NCBI GenBank assembly: GCA_048013815.1
Contig: CM106585.1
Location: 372,001-436,000, forward strand
Direction of reading: 5' to 3'
Source of the DNA: Setoptus koraiensis
Lineage: Eukaryota; Animalia; Arthropoda
Length of the DNA stretch: 64,000 nucleotides
The notes beneath the pieces are model-generated. The model worked only from the letters and a program-made list of their open reading frames with translations, ran no database searches and had not been told where the DNA came from. The position numbers and the translations under genes were made by a program. Positions 14,475 to 26,755 of the stretch are shown in pieces. Each line of letters opens with the position of its first letter. Position 1 is the stretch's first letter.

Positions 14475-15653
14475 ATCTGAAAAATATGTATGTATATTTA
14501 CATTTTAACATTTGTTGTTTCTGAAAACGAACAAAGTATCACTAAACTCAAAGAAAAAAAGAAGCTATTAGATAACACCATTAACCACCATGTTGCCATT
14601 TCAAATCATCCATGCAAAGAGTTGACATCCCGTTAAATTTATCCTAATAAATAATAAAAGATGACAACTATCTCGGCCTAGTTAAGCAAGCAATGCGATG
14701 AGGAAAGACCAAGTGAAAAATTGAATGTCAGTGTTGGGGAGAGCTAACCAAACGAGCTTCATATACAACCAACTTGTTAGACAAGACATGATTAATAATT
14801 GTTCATTTTTGTGGAATTAATGCGTTGCTCTAACATCGCAACATTAATCATTTCACATCAGTCAGTTAATTAGTGTCTGGCATTATGATGACCTTGTATG
14901 ATAGAAATGATGTTTTGTTCGCATGTTTAGACCACCGCAACTGATACAACTACTATGTAAACCTGGTGTCCGTGAGTTTCAATTTTGCAATAAGTGCTAT
15001 AAGTGAGCGATGTAGCGTGCAACTACCACTATATCATGGAGATAATGATTAAAAATGATATCAGATTACAAATATTTAGTTTGTACACATATATACAAAC
15101 ACTCACATGTACATAGGGATTGAATTAGATGTAATCATTTTGTGGCCAATTATAACGACGATGTTGTGTTGTTTTTGTAAATCAAATCAAATCAATTCAG
15201 TTGAGTTCAGTTGAGCCAGCACATAATGATCAGTTGTTATGCAATGGTTAGTCGTTGCAATGTAAGTGGTCAGTGTAATTGTGTCGTAACTCACTAATCA
15301 ATGTGATTCTGCACCAATCACGACTGACCTGAGGCAATGTAGATAATGTTGCCTGTTGGTGCACCCCTGATTCACACGAAGATTGGTTTAGAAGAATGTA
15401 CATTACATCACATGGGCGGGCAGGCGAAGGGAGAGAGTCAGAGGTTATTAATTCAATGCAAACAACAATATCAACACTTTAAGCGCCGATTGCTTGATGG
15501 CGAGTGCTTGTTGTTGTTGTTAATGTTGGCGTGTAATTCTGGCTCATTGAAGCGATAAATGGACTCTGTAATGTATGGCAGCAGATGGTCATCAGCAGTA
15601 ATTGTGTTTGTGTGTGCAATCTAAGTGAATTGAGCCTATTTGAGTAACCCAAC

Positions 15654-15684
<31 letters not shown>

Positions 15685-16159
15685 GCAACGACCATAGGCA
15701 GCATATTGCATGACTTATAAATACACCGAAGTGAACAACACGGTCACACGATAAAAGTAGCGGCAGTTGGCCAGTCTATTTGATTAACACCGCATTTTAT
15801 GTTGTTGTTGCTGTTGCTGTTTTAGCATCAGAGTCCATCTGGAGGCATAAAACCTCGCATCGATGACAACGGTGGTGGCGACGAGCTAGCTAAGCGGGCT
15901 GTTGTTGACGATACGCTGATTAAGCGTTGATGGGATGGCAGCATCGGCTTGTGGGGTATATTTGTATGTTGTCGAGTATAGTTGTTGACAACAACAACAA
16001 CGACAACAACAACAACGACATGATTTATTTGTTACGCCCATGACAGACCAGACGACGAAAAGTGCGATCGTGTCAAGTCTGGTTTAGTCAATGGTCCAAC
16101 AGAACGCATATTAAAGTCAATTCAACACTACATGAATAGTAATAAGGCAATGTCTAGAT

Positions 16160-16845
16160 GTGTATTTTATTTTTATACAATACACGTATCTCTTGCTTGT
16201 CGTTTGCTACAAACGACAAGCAGATTTGCAAAGATTACACTTGATCTCATCTTTTGTTGTTCGTGTGTTTCCCTATTCTTTTTGTCTTGCCACTATCAGC
16301 AGTCTTGCCACTATCAGCAGTCTTGCCACTATCAGCAATCTTGCCACTATCAGCAGCCTTGCCAGTGTCGGAGGTGCCAAATTAGTGCCTATTCAAAGTG
16401 CAACGGATCCCTTATCATAATCGCACATGTCGGAGTAGTTGTTGTTTTGCAGCTTAAACTTGACACTACACTTGTCCTCAGCACCTTCGGTGTCCGGCTT
16501 CGGTGTCCCGAAGATAGAAGAATGCGTCTTGGCCTCTAAATCCGTTGAATATGGTTGTTGCTCGTCAAATCTGATCGTCAACAAATCTGATTGCTCGACA
16601 AGCTCAAGGTGGCAAGCAATTATTCGCTTCAACTATTCCAAACTCTCAACTCCAGACACTCTACTCGATGAGCTAGCGTTTTTGGTAGCTGACATGGATG
16701 CAATGTATAAAACAAAAGATGATCACGAAAAAGAAATCAATAATAATAATTTTTCCAGGGAATTTGTCAGATGTCTGTTGGTTGGTGCCAATTGATGCGC
16801 CAACAAAGACAATAGATTTCAATGCTCACAGTTCAACAACAACAG
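16160..16845 (+). pseudogene. Possible decayed gene for a secreted Cys-containing protein, family unrecognised
   Basis: One reading frame runs about 685 nt with three stops (16418, 16436, 16793). It includes a hydrophobic stretch ending VGG|AK and ends at a CAG|GTGAGC donor-like site. Confidence 0.3.
16285..16364 (+). repeat. 18-bp tandem repeat (TCTTGCCACTATCAGCAG) x4.4
   Basis: Adjacent units at 16285, 16303, 16321 and 16339 plus a partial unit; no spacers. Confidence 0.95.
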
Positions 16846-19800
16846 GTGAGCCTGACGCTTGATTGACCAGTGCACACACGAAAGATACATAATGTTACTT
16901 TGCACGACAATGGTGAGATGAATTGAGCGTTAGACCAAAGTAGAAAATTGATTATTTAGCTGCATCCTTTGTTGGCATCGCTCTGATGTTTCTCAGCAAA
17001 CAAACCAAATGTAATAACTATGCAATGTAAAACAAGCCAGCCATATAAACATGCTAATTTGCGTGAGTCAGGCATCAAGTTTAACCCATCTAACTTAACC
17101 CATGTGAATATGTGTGACCCAGAACGGTTATTCGCCGACAAACAGAGCTCGTTTGTTTATTTCTGGAGCATTGTTACTGATTTGTGTCCCATCTCTGGGC
17201 CAGTGCGATGCTTAGTCCGAAATAAAATCGCCGGTTAGACTTTTTTGGTTAGACTCTTCAGCGCCAGTTATCACAGCGACAATTGGAAGATTTCAACATT
17301 AACTAGGTATGAGATTGTGTAGGCTTCGTAAAATCTTTTGTGCCATAAATGCCATGCGAGTGTCGGCTTGGTGTGGGCGATGCCTGCCGTTCACAGCACT
17401 GTTGAAAATACAAAAAGTGATTGTGTAAAACACAATCTGCATGACAATAAAAAACATACATCACCGAATGAGTTGCGAATGAAACAACTGACTAATTGCT
17501 GACCCAAACTGCCACTAGTGTAATTTGAAGCGAGTTAGCGCGATAGATGGGCAGCGGCTAGTGATATTATTGCCAATTCTATTCAACTTAACTGTTGCCA
17601 ACGGTTGTTTCTGCGTAGTTGCACGAAACACGCTGAAAGTTGCCAGAAAATATATGCTGTTCTTATTGTCACTTGATCCATTTCCGTTTGCCGTGATATT
17701 CAGCACACCACAGACGACAATGTATACAGTAGTTGCATTGTTATGAAATGGTCAGTATGTCCAGTCTGCAGCAAACTACCTCTCACAGTATTTATAAACA
17801 CTGGATGTTCTATCAATGTTGCCATGCCACTGATGTAATCAAGCGGAAGAACCTGTTATAAGTGATATTATTGTTGGGCTTAAACGCTATGAACGATGGT
17901 GGCTATATTATGTAAAACGTCATGTTTGTTGCATGCAACAAAAGCTAGCTCGTTACGTTTGATTTGAATACTTGTAACTAAACAAAATAGTCATCTGTCA
18001 AACTTTCTAGGCGACTTCTTTTAACATCACAATAAAGCTGTTTCATTCAATAATGATAATATCATAAGTAAATGTCATAATAATGCTGAAGAAGCTTCTC
18101 GTGATTGCTAATTGGGTCAAGATAAATAACATAACGGATTCATTAGGCTAGAATAACCTGTGCTGCCACAAACAGTCACTGGTCATGATGAATGAACAAA
18201 AACATGACAACTATTTGCATCGGAAAGACCCAATAGCACCCATTGATAATCGCAATAATTACAATGTAATGTATAGACAAACTCAAGCGATGGATGTGCA
18301 TAATAAAGGAAGAAATAAATTCAAGTATATCTGTTAGTATTCAATACCCTGGCTTCTCAACTGTCATTCTTGAGCCTACATAAAGATGTAATAATAACTG
18401 GTGTCACAATCCCTAGTTATTCTCTTGACAAATCTGACGGAATGGTATGAATTGCTAGCTTTCTTCTGTATATATTGCAAAATATAGTGTTTACTCGACT
18501 TATTTAAACTAGAGATCACAGTTTACAATCGGGCCACACTCTCAGATATCGCAACTCTTTAATTTAACTGACACTATGTGCCCCCAAAGCTCGCTTTTTC
18601 ATTAATCTTTCGAATCTATTCACAGTCAAGTTGATATGAACGAGAGGAAACTGCTAAATTGGGTGATATCGGTGAAAATAAGCACGTCTCAAAAGACTTA
18701 GCTACCCTCGTATGATTCGAATACGAGTTTTCTCATAACCGGGGCTGAATTGATTATCAAATAATAAGCATCATTTGCTAATACTCAAATCTCTGCGTGG
18801 ACCTTTATGATGATCGCTTTATCTCTTTAGATCACCAACCTCTCTGGCGATGCTGCCATTGGCAGAACAGACAGTTTACGATGCAGGCAGATTATTTCTA
18901 TTGAGGGATAGCTAATAATGTCAAGAAATTTGACTATGACACCATTGATTGATGTGTCTGCTCATTTGTAAGTTATTTACTCGACCGTTTGCGGTTGACT
19001 GCGGATCACTGAGATTCAGGGCGCAATGCAGTTAGCGTGTGTGTCGATGAGTATTTTGGGATGTCATAGAGAAGTATTTTAAAACTGACGAAATGAGACA
19101 CTTTTTTCTCACTTTTCTCGCATCTTTCACGTGCGCTTGACGGCCACAATAGACGGCACCTCATTTGCATCACACTCCCTCCTCTGACAATTACGAGTCA
19201 CCATTTAGCAAAAACAACAACAGCAATCATAATGCCTCCTTTTATATTTATATTTCATGAATCATGACACAATGATCTATATTTGCGTTGCACGATTCAA
19301 CGAGGCTATGGTGCAAAAAACAGCTTACTTACTGCCCATTTGATACCTGATCGCTAGTGCTCTTTTGTTTGTTATTTGCGCTATTTACAAAACCAAAACA
19401 AGTCCAATAATAGAAAGCTCGCCAACAATAAACGGATAGCTTACCTGTTGTGTCACTATTATGGCTTTGCATTGTTGCACGTAACTATGAACAATGACAA
19501 GTATAAACAATTGCATCATAGCCAATGTAAACTAAAGTTTGTTCTGATGGTTTTGTTGGTGACATAAACGGAAACACATTTTGCAAGTCGTTATGTGCTG
19601 CACGGTGGATATCAGTGAACAACGGCTTCTGGCGAGCTTATTTTAGTAAGCTTATTATCGACTCATTGGAGAAAAGAAGCGTTCGTTTGTTGGTCATTGT
19701 CATGTAAATTTTGCCAACACACAATCAGTGCAAATTTAATGGGCGCTGCCGCCGCCCACGCGGGCCTATCACTAGTTGGCTTTTTGTTCTGTTTTTTGTG

Positions 19801-20324
19801 TCATATCGTGTGATTTTGTTCAACTTGGTAGAGCATCTATTTGCAGTATTATTCTCCACTGACAAAAATATCGCTTTGTTCTGGTCGTTTTAGCTGATTG
19901 TTTTGGTGTGGGCGCTGCTCATTGGTGGTGCAAACGACGAATTGCGACAACGAACGGTCATTCAACGGTCCAGCGTGAGCTTGTTTTTGAAATAAACTTG
20001 TCGCATTCTGTTGCCTCTACCCTTTGATTGTTGTGATTAGTGTGACACTGTTCGTTTGTCTGTTTGTTTTGAGCAAAAATGCAAACATTGAACGAGTGCA
20101 AACGACGAAACAAAATTGATCTTTCGCCTCACCACGAGCACAGCCAATCAATTATCACTTGACGACGTGCGCCCAAAGTATTCTCATGTCACCAATACTG
20201 AGTGTAAATCTGGTCAGTATTGTCAATATCCAATTTCGACTGCTTCTATTGTGTGCTGGTGCAATGAAGCCGTCGCAAAGAACCCGCTGTCATTCTTGTC
20301 AACCAATCAACCAATAGCCTCTCT

Positions 20325-23300
20325 ATGGCACAACTGCCACTAAACATGAAGCTAATTGTGAAGAAATCAACGAAAAAGAAAACATACAAGTGGTCATCGA
20401 CATCGTGCACATTGAATTGCGCTACAAAACAAAGTGCCCACAAACATCCAGTCCGAGGCATAGAAAGTGCTGCTTACTCGATATATCGTTTGGCCAGCAA
20501 TGGTTGCACGCACCAATTTGGCCGGCACCCGAACAGCTACCCGAATTTGTTTAAAATCGCTTCGATTAAATCAGATTCGATCAAATCCGATCCGATCAGG
20601 TCCGATTTGAGATCAACAACGTGCCAAAAAAGTTGCTCTGTTTCACCAGAAAATGCATCGAATCACAACAAGTCAACATGTGACCGACAATCAATTAAAT
20701 TGAGCTCGCCACAGCTGATAAACTGTGGCTCTGTCAAGCTGCTCATTGTGGGATTATCATTGCTGCTGGGCTCAGTCACGATTGTGTTATCCTCCGATGG
20801 CCAAGAGGCTGGCACTGTTTGCGGCTCGAGTGGCTGGCAAACATTTGAAAAGATATCCATGTCCTCGTTGGAGCCGTCGCCCATTCTGACGGCGCCCCGG
20901 CGAGCCGCGCAACAACAACACGCAACAGCAGCAACAACAACAACAACGGGCGCCAACTCGACCAATCACCAGTCTGGCCGTCTATTACTACGCCAACCGG
21001 ACGATCAGGCCCTCACAAGCGAGTGCGTAAATTTGTGCAAATCGCAAGCAACTTGTCTGTCGTTTGTGATAGATTACAACAAATTCGAGTGCAAATCATA
21101 CTCGGTCACCCAACAGCAACAACAACAGCAACAACAACAACAACAACAACAACAGCAACAACAACAACAACAACAGCCGGCGAGCGATCGCAGCGACGAC
21201 AACGTCGTGAAGCGCTCGCCGCCGAGCTCAACACTGGGCGCCAACGGCAGCGACACGTCCCAATCTGAGCCCAAGCAACAGCGCCGATTTCTTTTGCCCT
21301 CGGCATCGGCCAATTACTTCGAGAAAATTTGTCTCGGCGACGGTGCCGCGGGGCCCCATTTGGAGCGAGTGTGCGGCCCGGACAGATTGTGGGCCGTTGA
21401 GCGAGTTTTGGACGCCTTCTTGGAGGGATTCAGCGACAAACAATTGACAAATGTCACCAGCAAGAACCAATGCTCAACCATGTGCCTCATGGAGTCGCAA
21501 TTTGTTTGTCGTAGCGCCGACTATGATCAAAACAACAAATTGTGTCGATTGTCCAGAGAGGACCGACGCAGCCAGCCACAAGCTTTCACAACAACAAACG
21601 CAACGGGCCGTCACTACATTGAAAACCAGTGTGTTAACTCGTACGCCAACAATGCAAAATCTTGCATAGCCTACGAGCTGAAACAAAACGTTGTCGTGGC
21701 CAGCATGGACGCTGTCAAATATGCTCAAAATGTCAACGATTGTCAATTGAAATGTTCACAAGAGCACACGTTCAATTGTCGCTCTTATTCCTATCACAAC
21801 AACAAATGCTTTTTGTCGGGCGACGACAGTGCGAGCCTCAGATGGCCTCTTGTCAAACTTCCGGTCAAAATCAATTGGCACTATGGCGAGCGTAAATGTG
21901 GCAACGTTGAGTCGTGCTCAAAGGCTGCAAATGGCTTGCTCGAAACAACAACAACAACAAGCAAATCAAATATAACAATCGACTCGGCGACAACTATTGA
22001 CACTCCGCTGGCCGCCAGTCTTACCAACGCGGCTACACTGGCCACAGTAAATCAGGGCCACTCGTCAAATGTGACCAGCACTAGGCTGGCCTCTGGTCAG
22101 CCAATTCAATCTTTGCTTTTGGTGAAAAAGATGCACGAGGCAAAACGTCAGCAGAGCGCCAGAGATGCGCTCCTGTCAACTATGAGCCAGCCCATGCAAT
22201 CTGAGTCAAATATACACTCAATTAATGCCCTCAATCCCAGTCACAAGCGAACGCTTCCAAGTGCCCAAACCGCAAACAGTTTATCTGTGGCAGCGAGGCC
22301 TGTCACGCAAGTGTCGCAAATGCTGCAAATAAACAATAGCGATCCGAGTGACTACGACACCAACAACAGCAACAACAACAACAATTACGTCCAGTATCAA
22401 CTGCAAGATTCCGCCGGCGCAAAGAGGCCAACAGCAAGCCATTATGTGTACCAACAAGATTTTCACAAGCAAGGCTATCGTGTTGCCCCAACTGGCGGCC
22501 ATCCCAAGAATCTCCACTTATTGTCCAGCGTTCAAAATTCATACACGAAAAGCTCGCCGGCCACAGCCTATCCAATTTATACAAGTGACCGATTGTCGTC
22601 TAAAGAGCAAACAATTGCCAACAATTCAATGACGCGGGCCCCCCAAAAACTGTCGGCCAAACTGGGTCAGTTGCAAAGTGAGCCGCAACGAGCCAACAGA
22701 TCGTCGCTTGACTTTCATCGTTATCATGGGGGCCCGTTGGACAGGCCGCCACAGCTGGTCGATATGGCAGTGGACAATTGGTCCAACAACGAGCACATCA
22801 TGACCTCCAATCCGGCCACCACTAATGGCATACACAGGCCGCATCATTATATGCCAACGTCCACTTTGAGATACGCATTAAAATCGCATTCCACTGACGA
22901 CACTTTGTTTGTGCCCAATCAATTTGTTAATCTACCCCAAACGCAAGCCAGCGGGCCCCACAATGAAAAGCCCATTGGCTACTCGTATGCGCCCGAGACA
23001 TCGGGCCCGTACACTTACACGAGTGGCGCTATAGACAGTGGCTATTCATCGTCGCCGGAAACAACGCAAACAAGTGGTGACGCAAGTGGCAATAGTTTAA
23101 ACGGCAATAATAACGACGCCATCACGGATATCAGCAATCATTACTGGTCTAGTGGCGCACATCGGGGCCCACAAAACACTTACTCGTCCAGGCAGGGCCT
23201 GTTACGTTCTCCCTCCATCAGTCCGGCTTATTCCGCGTATAATCCCAATCAAATGGACCAATCGGCCAGCAACGTCAATCAGTACCAGCAACAACAACAA

Positions 23301-25724
23301 CAACAACAAATACCCTACGACCGGCCCACGCAACATCAGAGTAGCCCCAAGGCAGCACTGGCCTCTCAATCACAGCACAGCAATCGTATACAATTTGCCG
23401 GTCAGCAGCACTCCCCCGCAATGAGCTCTCCAACAATGGACAACAGTGTCAAAAATGCAATTAGCAGCTCATCGTCCAATGCAAACATTGCTTACAGCAC
23501 CGCCACCGGAACAGGCTACACAATAGGTGGCGCAAGCAATAACAATCTGGCAACAACTTATCCGTCGTCGTCGTCGTCGATCACACCGGCGATCGCCGCG
23601 CAGTCGCCCCAATCGCCGCTCAATAATCGCTCCACCGTGCCCCAACAAAACAATCAAAACAATCAAAACGGCGCTCAAGCGTTTCGACTGCCCCAATCGA
23701 TCAGCAGCAACAGCAACCAGAAAAATCAAGTACCAACTGTTGCCTCGTCAGCGCCCCCTGGCTCGCTTGCCGGCCTCCATAATCCCTGTAAGCCTGGCTT
23801 CAGCATCGGTGGCTTCTCGACGTCGCTCGCATCTTCGCTAGAGTCCTCGGCTTCGTCCAGCACCACTTATCCCACCAAGACCAGCGGCGTGGCCCAACAG
23901 GAGCCCCACTACTCTGGCGGGCCTCAGTCGCAACAAATCTCTAACTCAATAAGTGACATTTATCCCAATCCGTCGGCGGTCAGATTCAACAGAATAGGAT
24001 CGAGCACGAGAATTAGAAGCCCGTACATATTCAAGGTGATCAGAGCGGACTCCTTGACCGATTGTGAGCGGGCTTGCGCCAGCTCACAAGACCACTGTCG
24101 TTCGTTTAATTACAGGGGCTTCTTTGAGGCGGAAAATTGTGAATTGAGCAGGAATGACACACGAGAATTGAAACTGGACAATCCGTTGTATTTCGAACAG
24201 CACACGCTGTTTGATTATTACGAACGCGATCACCATCATCAATCGTCGGCTCAACAATTGTCGTCGGCATCCATGCTGTCGGCCGCCTATCTCAATGTGC
24301 CCGCCTCAATGATGGCCATAGATTGTGTCGATGTCACACAAAGTTGCACCCCGGACGGAATGGAATTCACGCTGAGGACCCAAGAGCCGTTCAATGGTCG
24401 TATTTACACTTATGGCTTTCACGATTCGTGTTTCTTCGATGGCGAATCTAGCACAACAAGTGTGTTGCGTATAAGCAGAACAAACGGCTTTCCTCGGTGC
24501 GGTACACAACAAATAGGCGATCTAATGACCAACATTGTTGTTGTCCAATTCAATGATTACGTGCAAACAACTCGCGACAAAAAATACAATCTAACCTGCT
24601 ATTTCTCTGGCTATGGCGAGGCAGTGGTCACCTCAAATTATCTAGATACTAAAATAGACGCCAGAAGTCATCCGATGCAAATAGAGCATTTGCCGCCGCA
24701 AAATGTTGTCACGTCAAATGTTGTTTTGCGCATTTTGTACAGAGGTCAGCCTACAAACACCATAGCTTTGGGCGATTTGTTGACATTTCGGCTGGAGGCC
24801 CGCAGTCAGTACAGGTACGACTTGTTAAACAATGAGATATTTGCCACTAATGTCATTGCCAAAGATCCCTACACGGGCCGCCAGGTTCAATTGATAGACT
24901 CGCGCGGATGCCCGCTGGATCCCTTGTATCTGTTTCCTGAGCTACAAAAGACCCCCGACGGATCACTCGAGTCAGAGTTTTATGCCTTCAAGATACCCGA
25001 TTCTAATTTTTTGATATTCCAAGCAACCGTTAGAACGTGTAAAAGTCCCTGCGAGCCAATTATCTGCAGCGATACTAAGACCAGAAATGGCGTTAATTCT
25101 GTTCCATCGTGGGGCAAACGACGACGACGACGCCGAGATGCCTTGAACGAGGGCAACAACGAAGAGGTCACTCTTGTGTCAAATGCAAATGATCAGATGA
25201 ATGGTGATGAGCATTGGGCAAATGAATTGGAGGCAAATGAATCAGTTGAGTTGCACACTATTACAGTGCCGGCCAGATTGAGGGGCCACTCGAGCGAGTT
25301 CAATGTGAGTCGCAACGCAGGGCCCGATGTTCGGGCGAGAAATTTACGAACGGCCTCATCCGATTCGAGCGAAACCGATTTGAGAGAGACCGAGGCAAGC
25401 GACGTGGCAGAAGAGGAAGTTCAAGAGATGTTTAGAGTGTACGCATCACGTGACGACATTCCCAAGCAAAAGTCGTCTCAGTCCTCGGCAGCGGACCAAA
25501 TATCCAAAATGAAGATAAACAATTACGAAGCAAGCAAAGCAACAAATACCGAGGAAAATATTGTCACACAACAGGGCACTGTTTGCCTGTCGGAATTCGG
25601 ATATTATTCAATGGTGTCCGCCATATTGTCGCTTACACTCATGATTGGCTCTGTGGTGTGTGTGGCGGTTTACGTTATGAAAAAGTCTAGATTTGCTGTA
25701 AGTTGTCACTCGACGATTGTTTGA
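20325..25724 (+). CDS. nompA: PAN/apple + zona pellucida (ZP) domain transmembrane protein, NompA-like, intronless
   Basis: Hydrophobic segment at ~aa139-156. Three N-terminal PAN domains (C-x3-C...C-x-S patterns, LWAVERV), a long low-complexity spacer, a fourth PAN, then ZP (CVDVTQSCTPDGMEFTLRT...GRIYTYGF...TNIVVVQF...YNLTC). Furin site KRRRRR, TM helix, short tail. Assignment to nompA rather than neo/tyn paralogs is from recall of the ZP sequence. Confidence 0.8.
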   Translation: MAQLPLNMKLIVKKSTKKKTYKWSSTSCTLNCATKQSAHKHPVRGIESAAYSIYRLASNGCTHQFGRHPNSYPNLFKIASIKSDSIKSDPIRSDLRSTTCQKSCSVSPENASNHNKSTCDRQSIKLSSPQLINCGSVKLLIVGLSLLLGSVTIVLSSDGQEAGTVCGSSGWQTFEKISMSSLEPSPILTAPRRAAQQQHATAATTTTTGANSTNHQSGRLLLRQPDDQALTSECVNLCKSQATCLSFVIDYNKFECKSYSVTQQQQQQQQQQQQQQQQQQQQQQPASDRSDDNVVKRSPPSSTLGANGSDTSQSEPKQQRRFLLPSASANYFEKICLGDGAAGPHLERVCGPDRLWAVERVLDAFLEGFSDKQLTNVTSKNQCSTMCLMESQFVCRSADYDQNNKLCRLSREDRRSQPQAFTTTNATGRHYIENQCVNSYANNAKSCIAYELKQNVVVASMDAVKYAQNVNDCQLKCSQEHTFNCRSYSYHNNKCFLSGDDSASLRWPLVKLPVKINWHYGERKCGNVESCSKAANGLLETTTTTSKSNITIDSATTIDTPLAASLTNAATLATVNQGHSSNVTSTRLASGQPIQSLLLVKKMHEAKRQQSARDALLSTMSQPMQSESNIHSINALNPSHKRTLPSAQTANSLSVAARPVTQVSQMLQINNSDPSDYDTNNSNNNNNYVQYQLQDSAGAKRPTASHYVYQQDFHKQGYRVAPTGGHPKNLHLLSSVQNSYTKSSPATAYPIYTSDRLSSKEQTIANNSMTRAPQKLSAKLGQLQSEPQRANRSSLDFHRYHGGPLDRPPQLVDMAVDNWSNNEHIMTSNPATTNGIHRPHHYMPTSTLRYALKSHSTDDTLFVPNQFVNLPQTQASGPHNEKPIGYSYAPETSGPYTYTSGAIDSGYSSSPETTQTSGDASGNSLNGNNNDAITDISNHYWSSGAHRGPQNTYSSRQGLLRSPSISPAYSAYNPNQMDQSASNVNQYQQQQQQQQIPYDRPTQHQSSPKAALASQSQHSNRIQFAGQQHSPAMSSPTMDNSVKNAISSSSSNANIAYSTATGTGYTIGGASNNNLATTYPSSSSSITPAIAAQSPQSPLNNRSTVPQQNNQNNQNGAQAFRLPQSISSNSNQKNQVPTVASSAPPGSLAGLHNPCKPGFSIGGFSTSLASSLESSASSSTTYPTKTSGVAQQEPHYSGGPQSQQISNSISDIYPNPSAVRFNRIGSSTRIRSPYIFKVIRADSLTDCERACASSQDHCRSFNYRGFFEAENCELSRNDTRELKLDNPLYFEQHTLFDYYERDHHHQSSAQQLSSASMLSAAYLNVPASMMAIDCVDVTQSCTPDGMEFTLRTQEPFNGRIYTYGFHDSCFFDGESSTTSVLRISRTNGFPRCGTQQIGDLMTNIVVVQFNDYVQTTRDKKYNLTCYFSGYGEAVVTSNYLDTKIDARSHPMQIEHLPPQNVVTSNVVLRILYRGQPTNTIALGDLLTFRLEARSQYRYDLLNNEIFATNVIAKDPYTGRQVQLIDSRGCPLDPLYLFPELQKTPDGSLESEFYAFKIPDSNFLIFQATVRTCKSPCEPIICSDTKTRNGVNSVPSWGKRRRRRRDALNEGNNEEVTLVSNANDQMNGDEHWANELEANESVELHTITVPARLRGHSSEFNVSRNAGPDVRARNLRTASSDSSETDLRETEASDVAEEEVQEMFRVYASRDDIPKQKSSQSSAADQISKMKINNYEASKATNTEENIVTQQGTVCLSEFGYYSMVSAILSLTLMIGSVVCVAVYVMKKSRFAVSCHSTIV
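21111..21176 (+). repeat. CAA/CAG repeat encoding 22 Gln
   Basis: In frame in the PAN/ZP ORF between PAN1 and PAN2. Confidence 0.95.
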
Positions 25725-26661
25725 ATGTTTAAACTGTTGCGAACAAGCCTCATGTAACATGTATCTCAATTAATTCTGTATCTTCCCATCTATCACTATC
25801 AATATGCAGATAAAGCAAGTTGTTGCGGACAGCCTAGGCCCAGTATCCATGACACAAACGCACCGAAACGTATCTATGAGGGGCCCCGTGAGCTCTTACA
25901 TGATGTATTCATGCTTATTAATCATCATCGTTTGAGATGTGTCACACATGACTCAAATGTTGTGTCCAGTTGTCGTATTTAAAATCATATCATCGCATCA
26001 TTGTCTTATAATGTTTAATGTTCATAATATTGATTGTTTTAAAATTGCTATCACCATATAAATAGAGATCGGAAAAACATTTGGAAAAGGGGTCGCTTCA
26101 AAGTTACCACATTATCATAAATACAAGCGTCGTGATAATGCAAATGCCGGTGATGAGAAAATGTAGCTGCCGCTGGCTAGCCTCACGAGTGGAGCAGTTT
26201 TATGGCTTGCGAGGCTTGCATCTGCAATTGTCACTGGCGTTGTTGTTGTTGCTGTTGTTGTTGTTACTGTAGTTGTTGCTGTTGTTGATGATGATGGTGG
26301 TGCAGTTGTTGTGGGCGGCAGTGAGCACAAGAGCGTCGCGACGAGTGCTCTTTCAATTACCGATGCTAGCTTGCCGACTGATGGTATCAGCATGCAAAAT
26401 CAATGGATCAAAAGTGGATGTTTATTTGGACATGTGGATATAAATGAGAGCAAGGGAGTTAAGTGATGACGAGCGTGATTGGTGCGCAGTCAATCATCGC
26501 GCTCGTCGTGGTCAGCGTCTGTGGTTAGCGATTTGCCGCAATACAAGCTGCATATAGAAGCGGCAATCCGATTTGATCCAATCTGATCGAATCAAGGCGC
26601 ACAGGCGAGCTCACATGGGGAGAGACTCGCATGGCGAGCGACGGAGATTCTGCTGGGTTCT

Positions 26662-26755
26662 ATCGGACGAGATCGGACGAGATCGGACGAGATCGACGAA
26701 ACAGAGAGTGAAGGCAGAGAGTGAAGGCAGAGAGTGAAGGCAGAGAGTGAAGGCA
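26662..26755. repeat. Adjacent minisatellites (ATCGGACGAG)x3.7 and (CAGAGAGTGAAGG)x4
   Basis: Read directly at 26662-26699 and 26702-26755. Confidence 0.9.

Noticed and set aside
16285-16364. Direct repeats as a possible CRISPR array
   Set aside because: Units are adjacent with no spacers, there are no cas genes, and the context is eukaryotic. The same applies to the arrays at 26-34 kb.
16793-16795. In-frame TGA as selenocysteine
   Set aside because: Two other stops in the same frame, no selenoprotein motif and no recognisable SECIS.
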